In this document: piece by piece, positions 55,771 to 64,000 of the stretch | How the letters are laid out: the number at the start of each line of letters is the position of its first letter | Numbering within the stretch: position 1 is the stretch's first letter | Source of the DNA: Marsupella aquatica | Taxonomy: Eukaryota > Plantae > Marchantiophyta | NCBI GenBank assembly: GCA_973895155.1 | Contig: OZ316896.1 | Coordinates: forward strand, 11,336,795 to 11,400,794 | Reading direction: 5' to 3' | Length of the DNA: 64,000 nt | The notes under the pieces: model-generated | Databases searched by the model: none | Told to the model about the DNA's origin: nothing | The model's input: the letters and a program-made list of their open reading frames with translations, nothing else | Program-made: the position numbers and the translations under genes

Positions 55771-58700
55771 AGATTTCTCATCAAATGAAACAAATTATAC
55801 ACTATAATAGACTAGGCCAGACCTTGGGGGTTCCATGTGATGGTTTAGGTTATTCATAACCCCTAATCACTCTCAAATAATGATAATATGCAAACCCTAT
55901 ATTTCCACTAACAATTTCATAAGTCTTTCATGAAATGACCCAACCTAGGAGTCACACATGATGTCACTCGGTGATTCAAATTGACCCCCTTAGGACTATC
56001 TGGACTAGTTGACTATCTCCACAGGCCACTACTCTCCCTAAGTAATACAATATTGTAGTACTAGGGATTTGTATGTTAGGCATTCACTCTTAAGTCTAAA
56101 GTTAATATATAACATAGTAAGTATTTAGTTAAGGTTAGATATGTCACTATTATACTCACTCTAGGCTCAAGACTTAGTGAGTGAAACTTATGCTCATTGT
56201 TACCTACGGAGCCATCTAGAAGATAGAGAGTTCAGTCTTTGGAGACTTGGTATGACCAACGTACTTACACTTCAGTAAAGCTCTTTTGTGTGTTTCCATG
56301 AACATAGCCTTTGAAGAGGTGAACCTCGTATCTCTGGTTTGTACTACTTGTGTGTTTGTTGGATGCATGTTATACATTTACAAGTAATCTTCCAGAACTA
56401 TTTCTTTGTGTCTAAACACAAGTGTGCATGGTTGGGAAGAAATCATTTAAAACCATTCTATTTTGGCCCAATAGAGAAACATCTAACACTTCATTTGGGG
56501 GGTTTCTTGGTGTCAGTCCCTTCAAAGCCCTGCCTACCAAACTAGACATTCAATGTGTGGGAATTAGAAACAAGGTTATTGTCCATTACAACAATTTTAG
56601 GACAATCACCCAAGGGGTTTTGTTGCAAAAAACTTGGATGGAATCTCAAAATGCTCTCTATATAATAATTGGGTTTTGTAATTAACTCAAGGTGCATGTT
56701 ATCATAGTTAGCATATTATATAGTAGATCCCATGCAAGCCTAAGAAATCCTATTTGAGCAAAAGGTCCCAGATGCAGATCTCATCCACATACACTTAAAG
56801 CTCTGCTTTTAAGGTGACAAAAGGAGGTGCACATTCACGCACCTAGATCATTTGCAACATTGCCCTATCCTTTGTTTTCTTAGTCTGCGGTTGGATTTGT
56901 CATTCCTTGTCTGTCTATAACTAGATTAAAACCCATGTGTACGCACAGGAAGGGCTCCCGTACCCAGACTCCCCATGCCCGTCTCTACTCACATGCTTGC
57001 TCACAAACATCTTTGAAGACTTATCAACAGTTTTCTGTTACCAGAGAAATTATATCATATGGGTCCACACTAGAGTAATTCATGAAGGGCAATCTTCAAG
57101 TGCAAATCATACAACACACAAGCACAATGCCCGCACATTCCACGAGAAGTGAGGGTGAGGCACAGATGACAAGGTGATGCGCGGATGGCAAGCGGGCACA
57201 TGGGGAGGTGGGGACGGCACACATGGATTTGATTTTGACCAAATCAAACAATCACAAAAAGACAAGTTTTTGACAAAAGACCAGGATTTACTCCCATCCA
57301 GATGCTAATTAGTAGCCAGAAGATCAACAAGAACTGGATATTCTATTGTGTAGCTGGACTCGAATTGGACGCTACTACGCTAGGGTCTTTGCTTAAAAAA
57401 AAAATAAACTAAATGAAATAAGGACGGCGCACATGGAGATACATGGAGGGTGTCCCGGTGCACATGTAATTTGACTAATAATCACCTGCCATCCTACTGA
57501 CCGCTCTTTTGTTTGGGCAAGCGGAGTACTACCATTCATCGACGGTAGTAGTGGGCCGACGGTGACGGGCCGTCAACTGGCCATGCCTCGTCCGTCGGGC
57601 AGGAAGGAAGTACGTTCCGAATCATCCGTCGAGAAGATTCTTCGTCCGTAGTCACGGGGTCGCCGATGAGTTCCCGTGAAGTTCGTTCAGTTCCGTCCTC
57701 AGGCTCGTACTCCCGTATAACGGTAGTTACGGGCGTTCAGTCGCGTACGGGCTCATTCCGTGCGGGGGCGGATCGGAGGCGGACACGTACAGTCCGATCT
57801 TCCGGTTCGGATAAAATGTCTACTGTAGTTAGTGAACGTGTTTCCTTGGGCCTTGGTCAGTTGGTCTAGAATTCGCCGCCAGGCCTCGAGAGCGGCCTGT
57901 TTTTTTATGGCAAAAATTCGCTAGATTATTTGGAATTCCACCTCACTGAAAGTCATTCGTCACTTTTAGCTAAAATTAGTTTCGGCTAAACTTAGTCACC
58001 TTCTCACCGAGATTACCGTAATGAAAGTCAGGTTGGCGCGAATAATAATTAATTATTGAAACTTTGAGCCACTAGAGAAAATTAGGCGCTCAGATTATAC
58101 TAAAATTAGATAAGGAATGTTCTGATGCTCCATCGCGTATAGATTCTTGTGAATTTTTCATTTGTATTTTGTGCGGTATTGGTTTTCCATAATGCCTCCT
58201 TAGTTTGAGGAGTGGAATAGGGGAAGTATCACAAATCTAGTAAATTGTTGAATTATATATTTTTTACAATATCAAAATATAGAATATTGTCGTCCAGAAC
58301 ACAGTTTGTACCCAAAATCTAATCAATAATCTAATGTGGTTTCACATTTTCCTGGCACTTCAGTTTACCCATAGGTAGGGTGTAGGATTTAGGTTTTTGG
58401 TTCCTTGGTTTTTCTTGCCTTTGCCCTGGTCTGTTTGACTTTTTGGCCCTTTGTTTTTCTCCCTTGATTGGGTTTCTTGTCTGAGGGATTTTGCCTCCCA
58501 GTTAGACACTCTTTGTTTTTTGGCAGTTTGGAACATATAATATACATTTTTGACTTGTCCTATGTTTTCAACCAATTTCACGTCAACAAATTGCCGCATT
58601 TCCTTTTAATTTTTAACATCCATCTCATGGGTTTACCTTTCCTTGTCTATTACCCAATCATCACTCAAGTTTTTTACACTAATTATGAGAATTGTGAGAA

Positions 58701-60619
58701 TAAGGGCTGTCTTGTATGTGTGAGGCCTTCATAAAATAGCCTGGCCCTTTGCACTCCCTAAATTGCTTATGTAGATTTTATTGTCCAGTGCTACTGTGAG
58801 GTGCATGAGCTGCCTATTTTATCTGCTTTCAAATGACGGGACCTCAAGGGTAGGCCCTTGCCCTTGAAACTCCACAAATATAGCAGTCAGGACTGGCTCA
58901 GGAGGGGGTTAGGGGGGTGTTTGAGGCAGGAAACTCTTACTCATTCCAAAGGTGTGCCACCTGATCACTTAAAGGACCGGTTATTTAACAACCCTCACAT
59001 GCAAGACGGCCCTAAAGCCCCTCAAAACTTGCACTCCCACTAACCAGGACATTATCCTATTCATAATGACATACTAGAAGGGTAATAGAAACTTAAGAAA
59101 TACACTATTGGTGTAAGGTCCTTTTGCACTTGCTTCGTAGTAACTTTGTTAGTGATGAGACAATATTGCAATCAAGTTTTACACTTGCTTGGACCACACT
59201 TTGGTTTCGTCAGCCAAGAAAAAAAATCTCTCAAGTTGTCTGGTATTTGGCTGACACCTAGCCTTAAGGGGGAAATCTGTGAAACCCCATAGAAAGGCAA
59301 AAGTCAGTTACAACATTAAACCCAAGACGTATGAGTCACTATTCAAGCGAGCTACCACACAGCCATGTCTCTCTAGGTTGACACTTAGCCTTAAATCCCT
59401 CCAAGAATTACTTTTCATTTTGTATATTTTTGAACTGTATGGAAGCCGTTATCACTTTCACTACGAGAATAGTTTGAGATTTGTCCTTTTAGTACTTCTC
59501 TTGGTAGAGAAAATTAAATCTGAACTTGCAAGAAATTTGGGTTTGTTTTCAAGTCCTAAGAAACTGGAAACAAAATGAAAAAGATAGGAGTGCACAGTCT
59601 TTCAGAGTTTCAAGTGTATTATCTCCTTGTTACCAGGTCAATATAGGCAATAATAGCCACTGAAAACTTGGGCATTATGGCCCACAACCCGCTCGAAACA
59701 GGAAGTTACTATATTCAAAACATGTGTTCATGGTTGACAGAAGACACCTTTTCCGAGCATTTCACCTCATGTAACTAGTGAGCAGGAGAATAGAGAAATA
59801 GTGTGCTGTCGTCTGTCTGGCCCCAGGCTTATAGAGTACCTTATTGTCATCCAGATTGCAGAGGACCTGCATGAAATATTGACTGATATTTTTATGATGA
59901 ATTAACTCAATGCCAAAATATTAACCTCCTTGTTTTGTTTTGTTTGTTAAAGTTTACATATCACAACAATGTTTTGGGGTAACTTTCACGCACTCCCAAA
60001 TATATGTATTGTCAGTGGGGTCCTAGATTTTAATAGTAATTTATTTAGTGCGCAGACCTGGATGAAAGTATAGGCAACAGTAAGTTGGACACGCAAATAC
60101 CACAGTAGTATGGTGTCGCCTGTTTGACTGAGTGGCTGATGAATCGGGTCATTTGGCTGGCCTCCCTGTTGTTCTTTGTTTTCCTTGGGTGTATGATTTT
60201 AAAAATTGATCCACTCCCCATGCATTGCACATTGCCTTGACCAAGTGTTGTCGTTGCTGAATTATTGTCATCATGGAATGTGTATAGTTGCAGAAGGGGT
60301 GGAAGGCAAATATGGGTACTAGAGGGAGTTACCTGTACGTCTGATTGGAGAGGGCCAGTTTTTTTGTAGAGTCTGTGTCTCGTTTGCTTGTTGTTTAGGC
60401 CTTGTATAATTTTAAAATGTCCCAAAGTTTTTTTGTAGAGTCCTTAAGTTCTTCTTACCTTGAATGGTAATTTATTTGAACGAAGAAATCCTGATATAGT
60501 TAGGCTGCAAGCCCCAATAACCATGGTTGATAGGACCCACTAGGCTTTACATATCACATAACCAAAGGACAAAGGTGCCCAACCCAGAGCCAAGATTCCA
60601 CGTCTAGAGACCTAATAAG

Positions 60620-61500
60620 TAACCATACTTAGGTATCAAGTCTAGGGCCTCTAGACAAATTCCTGTATGTGACGTGCACGTGTGGATGACTCCTGACTTC
60701 TACCAGCTTGCTGAGTAGGGCTTTAGTGCTTTTTGCAGTTGTTTTGAGACTTTTGGGGTTTTTGGCTCTTTGGTTGTCTGGGTTTTTCCCTTGTTTTCCT
60801 TCCTGTACTCGGTGTCTTGACATAATTTGTGACCTTGTCAACAGGTTTGGCATTTTTTTTGGTTCTTTGGCACTGTGTGTTAGATGTCTTGGTCCCAAGG
60901 CAAGCAAAGAGTAGCAAGGGCTTTAGTTCCTTGGCAGCTGTGTGCAACCGCGGCCTCTGTGGCTCTTTGGTTGTGTGGGGTTTTTTTTCACTTGTTTCTC
61001 CCCTTAATTTGTGAGGTCTCTTACCCTAGTTGGGGTATTGTCTCCTGGTTTGGCCTTTTTTCTCTGGCATTGTGTTATATATGTAGTAGTGACCTATCTC
61101 CCAAGGCAAGCAAAGAGTAGGGCTTTAGTTCCATTGCTTTTGTGTATGGGACTATTCAGCAAATTGCTCACATGTTAAATCTCCACCAGTTGTGCAATTA
61201 GAACATAAGCTAAGACACATGTCATTCAAATCACTTAATTTATAGATCATAAATATAATGTATGGGTTTACATTACATATAATGTATGGGTTTATATTCC
61301 AGCTAGTGTAGGGAGCGCATGAACTTGACATAGAATTAACACGCAGTGGCTTTTTGTCTCACAGGTTGTCCGGCCAGGGTTTGTCCCTTGTGTTCTCCCC
61401 TTTATGCTGTTTCTTGCCTGTCTAACCTTGTCTCCAGGTTTAGTGCTTTTTGTTCTTTGTAAGTGAAATATATATATATATATAATTTATTTATTTATTT
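60620..61500 (+). mobile_element. Dispersed repeat related to the 3' tail of the 4.9-5.6 kb element, ending in a (TA)n/(TTTA)n tract
   Basis: tctacca..tgctgagtaggg.tttag shared with ~5283-5321; internal repeats of cccaaggcaag (~60895, ~61100, ~61512); tatatatata..ttatttattt at 61468-61500. Confidence 0.5.
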
Positions 61501-64000
61501 TGTGACCTGTCTCCCAAGGCAAGTAAAGCTCAAGCAAAAGGAGATTCTCGCAATTGGTGAACACTTGGAACGCATTTTGAGCAAAGGGAGGTGTAGATGA
61601 AGAGCTCTGCAGAATGGTTGACAGCGAAGCTCTCGAACGTATTTCGCGTGCCACTGTTGGGACCGTCGCCAAGGAACATATTCCACGAGAAGATCCAGAT
61701 AGAAAGCATGATCCAATGACACACCAATGACGAGGATGATAAAAGCTTTGACATTGTAGTAGTAGTAGTGCATTTCAACGACGAGGAACGGGAACCCCGG
61801 AGCGAGAAATGCTGACAAAACACGCCTCTAAACCAAACGAGAATCAAAGCCTTGTGATGTGGACTATTCCCTCTCGAGCTGGAATACGGTGAACGCCTTA
61901 TATTCTTGGGTCTGTGGTGTGGGATTCGGTCGTTGATGACTTGGAAAGTTCTCCGTCCAGCTAGGCTGTTGGAGTTGTCGCTTGATGCGCTCGGTGGTTT
62001 CCTTCGCTCTAGCTTGCCTGCCTGGATGCCTGGATGCCTGAACTGTCTCTTGCCGCTGCTGATTAAATTTCGATGGACTTCAAACTGTACTGTACACGTT
62101 CAATTCAATCATCCATCCATTCGCACCAAACGTGCAGCAGACACCCAACAAAGGTCAAGGCACAGTTCTTAAACTATTGATTTCTTTCAATCTCACTGCT
62201 GGAGTTCTTATTAGTAAGTTCCTCGTTTGGTAACTTAGGGTCTGAGTTCGATCGTTGTGAGTGTGCGGTATCGGAATTTGTGCTTCTTCGATCGTTCAGC
62301 GTTTGGTCGATCCAACTTGACACCCTTCAATCTTTCAGTCGTGCAGAGAGGTGGCCAGCTGTTGTCCAGGATAAGAGGATAATAAATTATTCATGCAGTG
62401 AAGGGGTGGGGTGGATGATTGCAGGCACGACCCATGCCACTAATTCCAATAATAGTCTCTTCACACCGTCAGGAGGCCGAAGCTCTAGTGTCCATGATTT
62501 TACGGAAAATCCGAGGAAAGATGCCTTTCTCAATTGGTTCATTTCCAGCTATCCCCAATCTCTAGCTTTTCTCGGCCTAGATCTGAATTTCGAGTTCACG
62601 TTGGCTCTGATGTGATTACAGAGGCGAGAATCGAAGTCTATAAACCTTAGAAGTTGCTCTCAGATTCTATCAGTTAATTAACGGGTCTAAACGAAACCTG
62701 CGAAGCAACTTCCGTGGCAATTTAATTGAGCTAAATTGTTACACTCTCCACTCTGGACTGGGCAATCCCTCACAAGCGATGGACCGCGCACTATCTGCGG
62801 CAAATCAGTGCCTCACGCGTTGTCATGAACGCTATCATGCAGAATGGTAACGCAGTAGTGAGTCTACCGTGATTCAATTCTCGTTGGTTTGGCAAAACTC
62901 CCTCAGGTTGGACAGGGGATTATGTGATGTGCAAGTTATGTTGATTAGTACTGTAGCTGTCAATTCATTGTCGGAAGTCTGTTGGCATGAATGTTGAGGT
63001 GACCGTGAGGATAGAAAAGAGGAGGCGCTGTAATACTATCCATCGAGACTTCAGACTCACGGAGGAATGGAGTATGGTCACCAAATTGTCGGCGCGACTG
63101 AATTTCCTGACGTCAGTGGCTGGTGAATAGTAATAAGTAGGGCCGCACCATGTGTTTGTCTGTATCCTTCACGAAATTTCGACGGGAATGGCGGCCCACT
63201 GATGATGGCACGAATTCGGAAAGGATGTTTGAGGAATTGTCGGCTGTCCCCTAGTTAACAGCAAGCCACCAAGTCCAAGGTCAGAGGCCTCCCCCTACGA
63301 CTTCCATCAGGGTTCACTATTTTATTATACTAAGTGGTCCTAAGTGTCCAGCTGAAAAGGGTCCACATGTCAAGCGGCGGTTTTCACGTGATTAAATGGA
63401 ACCAAGTGTCAACGGGAAAACCGACGATCTGCCGAATCGAGTACCTGGATATCGTAGTGTGGTCCAAGTTTCCAGTAGGATAGAGGGTCCGTAGGTTGTC
63501 GACTTGAGGAATTCGCTGATGACAGTTTTTGTGGATTGATTCGTAGAACTCGGGAAACTTGCACGAATGTCAATCGAAACTGGGAACTGTCTACATCTAA
63601 TGACCCATGTCAAACCGAGCGTATTCGAAGGATGGTGCCTGCGTGAATTCATTCATTCAATACAGTCAACAATCGCTGTTCACCCATCTGAATTGAAAAA
63701 CAGATGTCCTGTGTGAATTGGAGAACTCCATTAAAGAATAGTGTTCCCAATTGGATCCATTCCAAATTCTTTATCAAAATAAAATTTTGATTTCGATCTT
63801 GTTTGGATGGGGAATGAAAACTATCTGGATTTATTCAGGACAAAGTACTATTCTGTGGGTCCTAGCCTTTCAATCACATGAAAATTGCGGGAGGTTAGTG
63901 CATTCAGTAAAGTGCACGATGGTGGTCTCCACTGGGTCGCATCTTTAACTGAACATATCAAGTGGAAATGCATGTGTCCACAGCAGTGTTCTCCAGACGT

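Noticed and set aside
60935-60949. Partial miR536-like words (also ~49650)
   Set aside because: Only 11-13 nt matches, with no precursor hairpin or full target site.

Overview
Eukaryotic nuclear DNA from a land plant, probably a non-seed plant such as a liverwort (inferred from gene content, GT-AG introns and CpG-depleted repeat DNA). Three intact genes are supported: importin-alpha (+, 10 coding exons, ~530 aa), a very large BEACH-domain protein of the plant BCHC group (+, 31 coding exons, ~3,384 aa) and a GH37 trehalase (-) whose catalytic region is a single uninterrupted ORF. The intergenic DNA (1-11.1 kb, 19.3-21.3 kb, 42.5-47.4 kb, 53.3-61.5 kb) is a patchwork of decayed transposons, local duplications and minisatellites. 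Highlights: (i) a CpG-hyperdense, hairpin-rich island at ~57.5-57.9 kb ending in a terminator-like hairpin, which reads more like ordinary DNA when complemented without reversal; (ii) a tandem array at 4.2-4.7 kb whose unit looks like a ~70-nt intron plus a 17-nt microexon; (iii) a MITE with matched filled and empty sites inside a triplicated block; (iv) a CRE-like non-LTR retrotransposon remnant; (v) a 17-aa repeat expansion in the BEACH N-terminus. I found no convincing complete novel multi-gene system. All coordinates and counts were made by eye.
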